NCBI GenBank assembly: GCA_964555965.1
Contig: CAZKUQ010000001.1
Location: 35,669 to 99,668, forward strand
DNA length: 64,000 bases
Direction of reading: 5' to 3'
Origin: an uncultured Coxiellaceae bacterium
GTDB lineage: Bacteria > Pseudomonadota > Gammaproteobacteria > DSM-16500
Shown here: positions 31,451 through 41,172 of the stretch, piece by piece
How the letters are laid out: each line of letters opens with the position of its first letter
Numbering within the stretch: position 1 is the stretch's first letter
The notes under the pieces: generated by a model
Told to the model about the DNA's origin: nothing
Seen by the model: only the letters and a program-made list of their open reading frames with translations
Databases searched by the model: none
Program-made: the position numbers and the translations under genes

Positions 31451-32059
31451 TTGAAAATAATAAAAGAAATAAAACATGAACTGTTATCTTGGAATGAGTT
31501 AATTGTTTTTGCATGGCCTGAAACATATATCGGTAGTAAGTTACGTAAAATGTATTGGGCAAAACGCTTTAATTTAAAATCGTCTTCGACCATTGCACGT
31601 ACTGCAAAATTATATGGAAATAAAGATAGTCTCTATATTGGCGAAAATTTCAATTGTGGTGAGCACGTTGAAATTAATGCTTGCACAAGCAAAGGTATCT
31701 ATATTGGTGATGATGTCTTGGTGGCTCGCGGAGCTTTTTTTCGCGCTGCAAATCATAAATTTGATCGATTAGATGTTTCCATTAATCAACAAGGTCATGA
31801 AGCTGCAGCGATGTTATTCAATGGTAAAGAATATAGCATTATCATTGAAGATAATGTTTGGATTGGTGCTAATGCGATCATTTTATCTGGCGCAAAAATT
31901 GGAACTGGATCTGTCATTGCTGCGGGTGCGGTTGTTACAAGAAAGGAGTTCCCACCTTATTCCATTATTGGCGGTAATCCTGCAAGAATCATTAAGAGTC
32001 GAAAGGATCCTAATAATATAACCAACGAAATATCGATATTACATGAAGGAAACATGTAG
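31451..32059 (+). CDS. Left-handed beta-helix (hexapeptide repeat) acetyltransferase
   Basis: [13 protein letters not shown]...[49 protein letters not shown] start. Confidence 0.75.
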   Translation: MKIIKEIKHELLSWNELIVFAWPETYIGSKLRKMYWAKRFNLKSSSTIARTAKLYGNKDSLYIGENFNCGEHVEINACTSKGIYIGDDVLVARGAFFRAANHKFDRLDVSINQQGHEAAAMLFNGKEYSIIIEDNVWIGANAIILSGAKIGTGSVIAAGAVVTRKEFPPYSIIGGNPARIIKSRKDPNNITNEISILHEGNM

Positions 32060-32808
32060 TGAAAAATAAAATCAAACCGTCAATTGGTTCATGGCTAACA
32101 CTCGCGCATCCAGCCATTGCAGAAATCATGGCAAATGCTGGTTTTGAATGGTTAGTCATTGATCTTGAACATTCAGTTATTACTATTCGTGAAGCAGAAG
32201 AATTGATTCGCATCATTGGGCTTTCTGGTGTAAAACCATATGTCCGTCTTACAACAAATGATCCCAATCAAATTAAAAGAGTCATGGATGCAGGCGCACA
32301 AGGTATTATTGTGCCGATGATAAAATCTCGCGAAGATCTTGAGAAAGCAGCACAGGCAATGTTTTATCCTCCAAAAGGAACAAGAGGAGTTGGACTTGCA
32401 AGAGCGCAAGGATATGGTACTCAATTTGAATCATATGTAGAGAAACATGCTACTTTTGATCTCATTGCACAAGTAGAACATATCGAAACAGTTAACAAAC
32501 TTGAAGAAATTTTATCATTTCCTGATTTACAGGGATTTATTGTGGGGCCATATGATCTTTCTGGTTCAATGGGTATTCCTGGAAATTTTACACATACTGA
32601 TTTCCAATCTGCTTTGGATAAAATAAAGCTTATTTCAACAAAATATAATCATGTAAAACGAGGGATTCATCTTGTTGAACCAAATGTCGATCAGCTTAAA
32701 AAATTAATTAATGACGAATATGATTTCATCGCATATAGCTTAGATACTCGTATATTAGATGTTGGATTGAGATCAGGCATCACACAATTTAAGGAGTTAA
32801 CTACATAA
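32059..32808 (+). CDS. HpcH/HpaI-family class II (pyruvate) aldolase
   Basis: GSWLTLAHPAIAEIMANAGFEWLVIDLEHS...VRL...GAQGIIVPMI...PPKGTRG are typical HpcH/HpaI motifs. GTG start overlaps the upstream stop by 1 nt. Confidence 0.75.
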   Translation: MKNKIKPSIGSWLTLAHPAIAEIMANAGFEWLVIDLEHSVITIREAEELIRIIGLSGVKPYVRLTTNDPNQIKRVMDAGAQGIIVPMIKSREDLEKAAQAMFYPPKGTRGVGLARAQGYGTQFESYVEKHATFDLIAQVEHIETVNKLEEILSFPDLQGFIVGPYDLSGSMGIPGNFTHTDFQSALDKIKLISTKYNHVKRGIHLVEPNVDQLKKLINDEYDFIAYSLDTRILDVGLRSGITQFKELTT

Positions 32809-33590
32809 TGGAAGCTGTTGTCATTATTCCAGCGCGTATGAGTGCCACACGATTTCCTGGCAAACCACTAGCTAAAATTGCTGGATTGCCTATGATAGTA
32901 CATTGTTATTTACGAGCAAAAATGGCAAAACTCGCCAAAGATGTTTTTGTTGCAACTTGTGATAAAGAAATTTCGGATGAAATAGCACGATTTGGCGGTG
33001 AAGCAATTATGACAGCGAATAGTCATGAAAGAGCCTCCGATCGAACGGCAGAAGCAATAAGCATTCTTGAAACACAAAAGAAAAAAATTTATGATATTGT
33101 TGTTATGCTACAAGGCGATGAACCATTGATTAATCCTGATTGTATTGATCAACTGATACAACATCACGAACAACACCAAAAAACATCCGTATTTAATTTA
33201 ACACAATTTATTGGCGAAGAAGATTTCTACAGTGTTAATACAGTGAAGGTATTAACTAATTTGCAATCAGAAATATTAGCTTTTTCTCGTGAACCAATAC
33301 CATCTTCGCGTGTAAAAGGACTATTAGGATTCAAACCAAAAAAGCAATTAGGTGTCATTTCTTTTCGTCGCGAAGCATTAATTGATTTTCATCAGCTTTC
33401 TCCAACTCCTTTAGAAAAAATTGAATCAATTGATATGATGCGGTTTTTGGAATATGGACGATCGATTAAAGAAGTATTAACTGATTCATTTATGCAAGGT
33501 GTTGATACACCCGAAGATGCAAAAAAAGTTGAGTCACATATGATAACCGATGTACTTTATCAACAATATAAAAATTTAGTAAAAAATTAA
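32808..33590 (+). CDS. KdsB-like 3-deoxy-ulosonate cytidylyltransferase
   Basis: VIIPARMSATRFPGKPLA N-terminus and MLQGDEPLI motif as in CMP-Kdo synthetase. 260 aa. Confidence 0.7.
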   Translation: MEAVVIIPARMSATRFPGKPLAKIAGLPMIVHCYLRAKMAKLAKDVFVATCDKEISDEIARFGGEAIMTANSHERASDRTAEAISILETQKKKIYDIVVMLQGDEPLINPDCIDQLIQHHEQHQKTSVFNLTQFIGEEDFYSVNTVKVLTNLQSEILAFSREPIPSSRVKGLLGFKPKKQLGVISFRREALIDFHQLSPTPLEKIESIDMMRFLEYGRSIKEVLTDSFMQGVDTPEDAKKVESHMITDVLYQQYKNLVKN

Positions 33591-33598
33591 AAAATTTT

Positions 33599-34615
33599 AT
33601 GAATGAATTACGTATTGGTATTGCTGGTTTTGGTGTTGTCGGTAAACAGCGATATAAATCTATTTTAAAAATTCCTGATACGAAAATAGTCGCTGTTTCA
33701 GATAAAATATTTTTAGAAGATCATCCTAGTCAGAATGGATATCTTTGTTTAAATGATTATAAAAAAATTTATTCACAAAATTTGGATGTTCTTTTTGTTT
33801 GCTTAACAAATGACGTATCTGCAGATGCAGTAATAGCAGGATTAGAAAATGGATTACATGTTTTCTGTGAAAAGCCACCCGGAAAAAATTTAGCAGATGT
33901 TAATCGTGTTATTGAATGTAAGAAAAAATATCTAGATCAAAAATTAATGTATGGATTCAATCATCGTTATCATCATTCTGTTCAAGAAGCATTACGCATC
34001 ATTCGTTCCGGTGAGTTAGGAAACATATTAAATCTTCATGGTTTGTATGGTAAATCGAAGTTAATTACATTTAATCAAAGTGATTGGCGTACCAAAAAAT
34101 CAATTGCTGGAGGTGGTGTTTTATTAGATCAAGGTATTCACATGGTAGATCTAATGAGATTATTTGCCGGCGAATTTGTTGATATCCATAGTTTTGTTTC
34201 GAATAATTACTGGAGTTATGATGTTGAAGACAATGCTTACGCATTGATGAAAACACAAGATGGCATTGTTGGTATATTACATTCATCAGCAACGCAATGG
34301 CGACACCGATTTCATCTCGACATTAATTTAGAAAAAGGCAGTTTGATTTTAGCAGGCATATTATCGGGTTCTAAAAGTTATGGTGCAGAAACATTAACAA
34401 TTGTTCGAGCAAATCCTGATACCGATCATGGTGATCCACAAGAACAAATGATGCGATACAATCATGATCCATCATGGGATGAAGAAGTTAAAACATTTTT
34501 TTATGCTATCCGACATGATCAACCCATCGAACATGGCACAGTTACTGATGCATATCACACGATGAATTTAGTTGATCGTATTTATCAAGCAGATAAAAAT
34601 TGGCAGGTATCTTAA
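33599..34615 (+). CDS. Gfo/Idh/MocA-family oxidoreductase
   Basis: LRIGIAGFGVVGKQ Rossmann N-terminus and a CEKPPG motif. Confidence 0.7.
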   Translation: MNELRIGIAGFGVVGKQRYKSILKIPDTKIVAVSDKIFLEDHPSQNGYLCLNDYKKIYSQNLDVLFVCLTNDVSADAVIAGLENGLHVFCEKPPGKNLADVNRVIECKKKYLDQKLMYGFNHRYHHSVQEALRIIRSGELGNILNLHGLYGKSKLITFNQSDWRTKKSIAGGGVLLDQGIHMVDLMRLFAGEFVDIHSFVSNNYWSYDVEDNAYALMKTQDGIVGILHSSATQWRHRFHLDINLEKGSLILAGILSGSKSYGAETLTIVRANPDTDHGDPQEQMMRYNHDPSWDEEVKTFFYAIRHDQPIEHGTVTDAYHTMNLVDRIYQADKNWQVS

Positions 34616-34619
34616 AAAC

Positions 34620-35330
34620 ATGAAAACAAATAAACGTGCAGTGGTGACCGGCGGCACTCGTGGCATAGGCTTAGCAATTGCTACCAAATTAAAACAAGAC
34701 GGTCACGAAGTTTTAATAACCGGTACATCTGAAAATCATTCTTTAAATAAAGAATTTATTTATAAAGCAGCAAATTTTTCGTCGCTAGAAAACATCAAAG
34801 AGTTTGCGATTTTTCTTCATGATTTTTCTCCTGATATTCTGATTAATAATGCTGGAATCAATAAAATTTCCAAATTTAATGACGTGATACCAGAAGATTT
34901 TTTGCAAATACATCAAGTCAATACCACTGCGCCATTTTATTTTTGTCAGGCGGTTTTGTCCAATATGAAAAAAAATAATTGGGGTCGAATTATTAATATT
35001 ACCTCTATTTGGAGCAAGATTAGTAAATTAGGTCGTGCAGCTTATTCTGTTAGTAAATTCGGATTAGATGGGATGACAGCGGCTCTTGCTGCTGAAGTTG
35101 CTGAACATGGAATTTTAGTAAATTGCGTTGCTCCAGGCTTTATTGAAACGGATTTAACTAAAGAAACCTTAGGTGAAAACGGAATGTGTGAAATAGCAAA
35201 ACAAATTCCAATAAAACGATTAGGAAAGCCAGAAGAAATAGCTGCTTTTGTTGCTTGGCTTGTCAGCGAGGAAAACTCATATATCAGCGGACAAAATCTT
35301 GTGATTGATGGGGGATTTACACGTGTCTAA
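34620..35330 (+). CDS. Short-chain dehydrogenase/reductase (FabG-like)
   Basis: AVVTGGTRGIG, NNAG, YSVSK and PGFIETD motifs. Start moved from 34572 to ATG 34620. Confidence 0.75.
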   Translation: MKTNKRAVVTGGTRGIGLAIATKLKQDGHEVLITGTSENHSLNKEFIYKAANFSSLENIKEFAIFLHDFSPDILINNAGINKISKFNDVIPEDFLQIHQVNTTAPFYFCQAVLSNMKKNNWGRIINITSIWSKISKLGRAAYSVSKFGLDGMTAALAAEVAEHGILVNCVAPGFIETDLTKETLGENGMCEIAKQIPIKRLGKPEEIAAFVAWLVSEENSYISGQNLVIDGGFTRV

Positions 35331-36399
35331 GTTGTTAAATATCCATTCACACAAAGGAGATTATCAAGTTCATTTCCATGAAAAAATAACCATCGATTTT
35401 CTCAATGAAGAAATGCTAGAAACAAGCCACTTTATTATTGATAAATGTTTAGCTGACATATATAAAAAACAGCTAAAAAAAATTGTGAACTTGCCCTCAA
35501 CTTTATTAATAGAAGCTACAGAATATAATAAATCATTACCTCAATTTTCGATTTATATTGAACATCTAGTTAAAAATAAAATTCGCCGAAATCATCGCCT
35601 TATTGCTATTGGTGGAGGTATTATTCAAGATATCACGTGTTTTTTAGCCGCTATTTTATTACGTGGTATTGATTGGTGGTTCTTTCCTACCACATTGCTA
35701 GCCCAAGCAGATTCTTGTATTGGGTCTAAAAGTTCAGTTAATTGTGGCGATATTAAAAATATTTTGGGAACATTTACTCCTCCTAAACAAATTTTTATTT
35801 GTACAGAATTTTTGTCTTCTCTTGATTTGGTCGATGTAAAATCCGGCATTGGTGAAATGCTAAAAGTACATGCTATTAATAGTCCCATCGCTTTCGATCA
35901 AATTGCCAATGATTACGAAAAAATTTTTGTTCACCTAGAAACGATGCTGCATTATATTTTTCGTTCGCTCGAAATTAAAAAAACAATCATTGAGCAAGAT
36001 GAATTTGACACTGGAATACGTAATGTAATGAATTATGGACATACCTTTGGACATGCCATTGAATCAGCAACGAAATATCAAATCCCACATGGGATAGCGG
36101 TTACTATTGGTATGGATATGGCAAATCATATTGCTATTGAGTTTGATTATGGAGCAGAAGAACACTTCAATAGAATGCATCCTGTTCTAAAAAAGAATTA
36201 CGAGAAATTTCTTTATCAAGAAATCCCACTAGATTCATTTATACAAGCTATTTCAAAAGATAAAAAAAATACTGGCGCTAACCAGCTTGGTTTGATTCTA
36301 CCTGACAAAGCCGGAAAACCAACACGTGTCTACTTTGAGAATGATCAACGATTTCGTTCAGCTTGTGGTGATTACTTCAGCAGAGTTTGTCGTTTATGA
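35323..36399 (+). CDS. 3-dehydroquinate synthase-family sugar-phosphate cyclase-like protein
   Basis: LIAIGGGIIQDITCFLAA (NAD-binding GGG loop) and NYGHTFGHAIE...HGIAV (metal-binding His cluster) are typical of DHQS. Start could be ATG 35305 or GTG 35323, the latter preceded by GGGGGA. Confidence 0.65.
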   Translation: MSKLLNIHSHKGDYQVHFHEKITIDFLNEEMLETSHFIIDKCLADIYKKQLKKIVNLPSTLLIEATEYNKSLPQFSIYIEHLVKNKIRRNHRLIAIGGGIIQDITCFLAAILLRGIDWWFFPTTLLAQADSCIGSKSSVNCGDIKNILGTFTPPKQIFICTEFLSSLDLVDVKSGIGEMLKVHAINSPIAFDQIANDYEKIFVHLETMLHYIFRSLEIKKTIIEQDEFDTGIRNVMNYGHTFGHAIESATKYQIPHGIAVTIGMDMANHIAIEFDYGAEEHFNRMHPVLKKNYEKFLYQEIPLDSFIQAISKDKKNTGANQLGLILPDKAGKPTRVYFENDQRFRSACGDYFSRVCRL

Positions 36400-37319
36400 A
36401 TCACACAGATTTAGTTGCTGTTACCTCTCGTTCTTTTTCAAAACATTCTGTTTTGCGACGTCAATTACAAGAACGATTCTCGCAAGTTAAATTTAATGAG
36501 TCAGGTATAAAATTAACTGATAACGCTTTAATTGATTTTTTAAAAGATGCAAAACGAGCAATAATCGGATTGGAAGTTATAAATGATCATGTGCTCGATC
36601 ATCTTCCTGAGTTGAAAGTTATTTGTAAAATGGGAACAGGCATAGACAAAATTGATCTTGAGGCACTGAAACGCAGAAAAATTGCTTTTGCGCACACACC
36701 TGGTGTGAATCAACGTTCGGTTGCTGAACTTGTTTTAGGAATGATTTTTACATTATTGCGCCACTTATCAACAATCAATTCACTTATTAAGAAAGGTGAT
36801 TGGCAACAATTGAAAGGAAGACTTTTATCTGGCCAAACAATCGGAATCATTGGTTTTGGTGCAGTGGGGCGGGATTTAGCTAAGTTATTAAGTATATTTG
36901 AATGCCAGTGTTTAATATATGATGTTCAACCATGCACTCAATTAATGCCACATGTTAAACAAGTTGATTTAGACACATTGCTTAATCATTCAGAGATTGT
37001 GTCCATTCATGTTCCTTTGATTTCAGAGAATTATCATTTTATCGGTGCAAGAGAACTTGCTAAAATGAAACATCAATCCATCTTAATTAATACTGCTCGT
37101 GGGGGTCTAGTCGATGAAGATGCTTTATATGATGCGTTAACGACAGGACATTTATCAGCTGCCGCATTAGATGTATTTGAACATGAGCCAATAGTTCCGA
37201 AAAAATTGCTAGATCTGGAAAATTTTTTTGCCACCAGCCATATTGGTGGCAGTACCGAAGAGGCGATCGAAGCGATGGGAATGATGGCCATTGAAAATTT
37301 AGAAAAAATGGAAATTTAG
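36396..37319 (+). CDS. D-isomer-specific 2-hydroxyacid dehydrogenase (PGDH-like)
   Basis: IGIIGFGAVGRDLA NAD motif, NTARGGLVDE and DVFEHEP motifs. ATGA overlap with the upstream gene at ATG 36396. Confidence 0.75.
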   Translation: MNHTDLVAVTSRSFSKHSVLRRQLQERFSQVKFNESGIKLTDNALIDFLKDAKRAIIGLEVINDHVLDHLPELKVICKMGTGIDKIDLEALKRRKIAFAHTPGVNQRSVAELVLGMIFTLLRHLSTINSLIKKGDWQQLKGRLLSGQTIGIIGFGAVGRDLAKLLSIFECQCLIYDVQPCTQLMPHVKQVDLDTLLNHSEIVSIHVPLISENYHFIGARELAKMKHQSILINTARGGLVDEDALYDALTTGHLSAAALDVFEHEPIVPKKLLDLENFFATSHIGGSTEEAIEAMGMMAIENLEKMEI

Positions 37320-37334
37320 TTAATAGGGAAAGTT

Positions 37335-37961
37335 ATGCTAATCGATATGACACTCAATAATAGAGTTAATACTTTTGCTGAAATTGTCTCAAATAGTATT
37401 TGTACAAATTTATCTAATACTCCTATAGAGTTAGAATCAGCAGTAATACAAGTAATGAATGGTTTGCGAGAGCTTAGGAAACATCATCATACACTTTTCA
37501 TTGTCGGTAATGGAGGAAGTGCTGCAGTAGCAAGTCATGCATTAGTTGATTTTGTTAATGTAGCAAAAATACGTGCGCAAGTTTTACATGAAAGTTCTTT
37601 AGTAACATGCATGGCAAATGATTATGGTTATGAAAATGCTTATTCACGTGTATTATCAACTTTTATCAAACCAGAAGACATGCTGATAGCAATTAGTAGC
37701 TCTGGAAAATCTCTTAATATTTGCAATGCAGTTAATGCTGCAAAAGAAAAAAATGCAAAAGTTATTACCTTAACAGGATTTAACGAAACTAACCCACTTC
37801 GGCAATTAGGAGACATTAATTTTTGGCTGAACTCTACTGATTATGGATTTGTTGAAGTAGGGCATCAATTTATATTACATAATCTTTCCGATCGTTTGGG
37901 TGCTGAGAAAACAAGAGAGTTTTTCGATACCGAAAATAACGTGTCGGCAATTAGTGCATGA
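37335..37961 (+). CDS. SIS-domain isomerase (GmhA/phosphoheptose isomerase-like)
   Basis: LFIVGNGGSAAVASHALVDF and LIAISSSGKSLN motifs. Confidence 0.7.
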   Translation: MLIDMTLNNRVNTFAEIVSNSICTNLSNTPIELESAVIQVMNGLRELRKHHHTLFIVGNGGSAAVASHALVDFVNVAKIRAQVLHESSLVTCMANDYGYENAYSRVLSTFIKPEDMLIAISSSGKSLNICNAVNAAKEKNAKVITLTGFNETNPLRQLGDINFWLNSTDYGFVEVGHQFILHNLSDRLGAEKTREFFDTENNVSAISA

Positions 37962-38620
37962 CCAAATATATTTGGCTATCTCACGAATTAAGTGACGATA
38001 CGCCTGCTTATGGTGGTGGTGAGAGCTTAATTGTCAAATGTGAAAAACAAATTGCTGCTGGTCATAGTTGCAACTCCACTAAACTTACTTTTTCCAATCA
38101 TCTAGGCACACATGTTGATGTGCCGTATCATTTTATTGAATCAGGAAAAAAAATTAGTGATTATAAAATTGAACAGTGGCTATTTCATAAAATAAAACTT
38201 ATCGATATTCAAATAAAACCAGATGAAATTATTACACTAGCAACAATTAAATCTGTTTTAGCTGATATAGATGATGTTGATTTTTTATTAATTAAAACCG
38301 GCTTTGAGGAATATCGCCATTCTGATATTTACTGGCAAAATTCACCTGCGTTTTCAGATGAAATTGCAGCTTTTTTAAAAGAAAATTTTCCATCTATTGC
38401 TGCGATTGGTTTTGATTCAATATCTTTAACAGGTTATCAACATAGAGAATTAGGACGTGAAGCCCATAAAACTTTTTTATCACAAGATATTCGTATTTTT
38501 GAAGACATGTACTTATCGTCAATTACAAGTGATATGCATATCTCGCAAGTGATTGCTATGCCATTGCGTTTTGAAAATGCAGATGGTGCACCTTGTACAA
38601 TGATAGCTTGTGTAGGGTAG
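37958..38620 (+). CDS. Cyclase-family metal hydrolase (kynurenine formamidase-like)
   Basis: HLGTHVDVPYHF matches the HxGTHxDxPxH motif of the putative cyclase family. ATGA overlap with the upstream gene. Confidence 0.6.
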   Translation: MTKYIWLSHELSDDTPAYGGGESLIVKCEKQIAAGHSCNSTKLTFSNHLGTHVDVPYHFIESGKKISDYKIEQWLFHKIKLIDIQIKPDEIITLATIKSVLADIDDVDFLLIKTGFEEYRHSDIYWQNSPAFSDEIAAFLKENFPSIAAIGFDSISLTGYQHRELGREAHKTFLSQDIRIFEDMYLSSITSDMHISQVIAMPLRFENADGAPCTMIACVG

Positions 38621-38629
38621 GCATATTTA

Positions 38630-39925
38630 ATGGATAATGAAAGAAGAAAAATATCTCAATTTACACTGATGCTTCAGTCGCAAACGCAATTACCGTTGTG
38701 GTCACTTGCTAATGAGAAAGTTATTTATTCTATAGCGGTGGGAGAAACGCCTATATGGGGTCCAAAAACAAGAATATTGCGCCATATCATGGCTATCGCT
38801 TATAAATTTTATCTCAGTGATTTTTTAATTTTTATTATTGGGTCTATCCAATCTTTTTTCATTTGGTGGAACGTAAAAAAAAATACGTTTAGCAAACAAA
38901 ATAAAATGGCATTCAAAAGAGTATTTGCAGGTTTTGGTGCTTCATCAGAAGAATATTTATATGAAAAATACGTTAATCAGTCACAAGACTTAACATTACG
39001 AATTAATTGGACGAAGCATAAAGGATTATCTGAGTTAGGTTGTCCATCTTTTTTATCAATCCTTTTTATGCTTACTAAAAACTCATTTGGATATACTTCA
39101 AAATTAAAACAAGCACAACAAGAAATTTCAGCAAATAGATTAGAATTTTTAACTGTATGTGCATTAAATATTGCAAATTATGCATTTTATAACTCGTACT
39201 GGAGAATAGCAAAACAGCAAGGAATTCAGGAAGCTGCTTTTGTTACGCCCGATATTTTGTCTGTTGCATGCATTGATGTTGGAATTAATTCAATTTATTT
39301 CCAGCATGGATTGTTAGCACTAAGTATTTTGATACCAAAATTTAAACGTATTGATGTATTAACGCAGGAAGAAGAAAATTATTTAAAAAATTCGTTAAAA
39401 GATGTGCAAATAAATAAAATGATTCATGTAATAAATACTAAAAACACCAAAAATAAGGTTCTTTTAGTGTTATCAATCAATGTATTTCAACAAGAGAGAT
39501 TATTAGCATGCGAATCACTTTTTCAATGGGCTAAAGAAAAAGGACTACAAATTGTGATACGGCCAACGAGTCGCGCAACGAAAGATGATTTGAAAACATT
39601 AAGTACAAATATACCAGAAGCATTAATTGATGATGTCACTGTTCCATTAGAAGAAAGCTTAAAAAAATGGAATCCCAAAATAGTTGCAGCGTGGACTTCC
39701 ACGGGACTCGTAACAGCACTTGAGCATGAATATTTGCCAATTAGTCTGTTTGATCCTTCTGTAAAAGAAGTTTGGTGTAACATGATATATCCATTAAAAG
39801 ATCGTGTTTTATTTTGGCCACGCGATAGATTATTGATTGAATCATCAATGCAATCAGAAGAAAATTACGCTGCGCAGATTTTTAATCTTCTACAGTATCA
39901 AAATCTTATTCTAGAATCTTGTTAA
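38630..39925 (+). CDS. Hypothetical membrane-associated protein, possible GT-B-like transferase
   Basis: 431-aa ORF with one N-terminal hydrophobic segment (FLIFIIGSIQSFFIWW). The C-terminal half alternates beta/alpha-like segments, with FQHG and AAWTSTGLVTALEH. I recognise no family. Confidence 0.3.
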   Translation: MDNERRKISQFTLMLQSQTQLPLWSLANEKVIYSIAVGETPIWGPKTRILRHIMAIAYKFYLSDFLIFIIGSIQSFFIWWNVKKNTFSKQNKMAFKRVFAGFGASSEEYLYEKYVNQSQDLTLRINWTKHKGLSELGCPSFLSILFMLTKNSFGYTSKLKQAQQEISANRLEFLTVCALNIANYAFYNSYWRIAKQQGIQEAAFVTPDILSVACIDVGINSIYFQHGLLALSILIPKFKRIDVLTQEEENYLKNSLKDVQINKMIHVINTKNTKNKVLLVLSINVFQQERLLACESLFQWAKEKGLQIVIRPTSRATKDDLKTLSTNIPEALIDDVTVPLEESLKKWNPKIVAAWTSTGLVTALEHEYLPISLFDPSVKEVWCNMIYPLKDRVLFWPRDRLLIESSMQSEENYAAQIFNLLQYQNLILESC

Positions 39926-40929
39926 TGAAAAAAAAATTCTTGCTATTATTTTATTTTGTGATGACCTATTTAGGTTTTATTAAATTATTTTATTGGTTAA
40001 ATCGTAATAAAAAAATAATTTTAACTTATCATAATATTATTCCCAATCATTTATTTGATGATAGTTGCCACTTGGGTGTATCGCATACTGAATCAGTATT
40101 TAAAGAACAAATAAAATTAATTTATCAGCGATTTGATCGTAATCAATGCCTTATTACTTTTGATGATGGTTATAAAAATCAACTTGAGGTTGCGGCAAAA
40201 ATTTTAAGTGATCATCATCTGCAAGGCATATTTTTTGTATCATTTCAATCGCTGTTATCAGGTCAGACGTTGACAATTGATCGAATTATGATGTGGCTAA
40301 GTTATGTTCCCGCTGGCAATTATCATATGCTAGGAAGTGATATTACTATTAATAATGCGACACGAGATTTAGTTGCAGCAAAGTTATATCAGCAATTAAT
40401 TGACGATATTAAATTATGGGATGTGATAGAAGAAAATTTAAATAACGCATTTCCATTTGATCAATTATCGATTGATGATGAACTTGTAAGATTAAGATTT
40501 AAACCGCTGACAGCGGATGATTTAGAAATACTAAAAAATGATGGCCACTTAGTTGGATCGCACAGCTGGGATCATCGACCACTGGGACGATTATCATTGG
40601 AAGAGCAAAAAGAAGATTTTTCGAAATGTATTGTTCTTGCTAATCAATATTGTAATTCTTGGCTATATAGTTATCCGTTTGGTGGTATTCAGGAAGTCTC
40701 ACCACTTACAACAAAATTATGTGCAGAATCAGGTTTTAGTTCAGCATTCATGAATATGTCGCCATCACCGGCATGGGTTGATGCTGATAGAAATTATACC
40801 TTGCCAAGATTAAGTCTTCCAAATGTAAAAAATAAATATTTATTGGATGCGAAATTATCCGGCTTTGAATCGTTTTGTAAATCAATAGTTAGGGGCATGA
40901 GATCTGAGGACTTATATGATAAAAAATAA
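39925..40929 (+). CDS. Polysaccharide deacetylase (NodB homology domain) with N-terminal TM anchor
   Basis: ITFDDGYKNQ and VGSHSWDHRPL motifs. The ORF track TTG start at 39919 is replaced by ATG 39925 (TAATG junction). Confidence 0.7.
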   Translation: MKKKFLLLFYFVMTYLGFIKLFYWLNRNKKIILTYHNIIPNHLFDDSCHLGVSHTESVFKEQIKLIYQRFDRNQCLITFDDGYKNQLEVAAKILSDHHLQGIFFVSFQSLLSGQTLTIDRIMMWLSYVPAGNYHMLGSDITINNATRDLVAAKLYQQLIDDIKLWDVIEENLNNAFPFDQLSIDDELVRLRFKPLTADDLEILKNDGHLVGSHSWDHRPLGRLSLEEQKEDFSKCIVLANQYCNSWLYSYPFGGIQEVSPLTTKLCAESGFSSAFMNMSPSPAWVDADRNYTLPRLSLPNVKNKYLLDAKLSGFESFCKSIVRGMRSEDLYDKK

Positions 40930-41161
40930 TTATAAGGAATGGTTAATAAGCTGGTTTAAAAAAAACATGGAAATATCTGTAGATGTTGTTCATCGTGATT
41001 TTTTTAAAGAAGGCTGGCTTGATTCATTTAAAACAATTGAATTAATCTCTGAAATAGAAAAAACATTTAAATTATCATTTAGTGATTCTCATTTTACGGA
41101 TGCTAGATTTTCTACCATTGATGGTCTAGCAGAAATTTTAGCTGAAATAAAAAGCAATTAA
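40916..41161 (+). CDS. Acyl/aminoacyl carrier protein-like
   Basis: 81 aa. GWLDSFKTIELISEIEK resembles the DSL/DSF phosphopantetheine attachment helix of ACP/DltC-like carriers. Sits next to an adenylating enzyme gene. Confidence 0.5.
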   Translation: MIKNNYKEWLISWFKKNMEISVDVVHRDFFKEGWLDSFKTIELISEIEKTFKLSFSDSHFTDARFSTIDGLAEILAEIKSN

Positions 41162-41172
41162 AGGAATATCAA

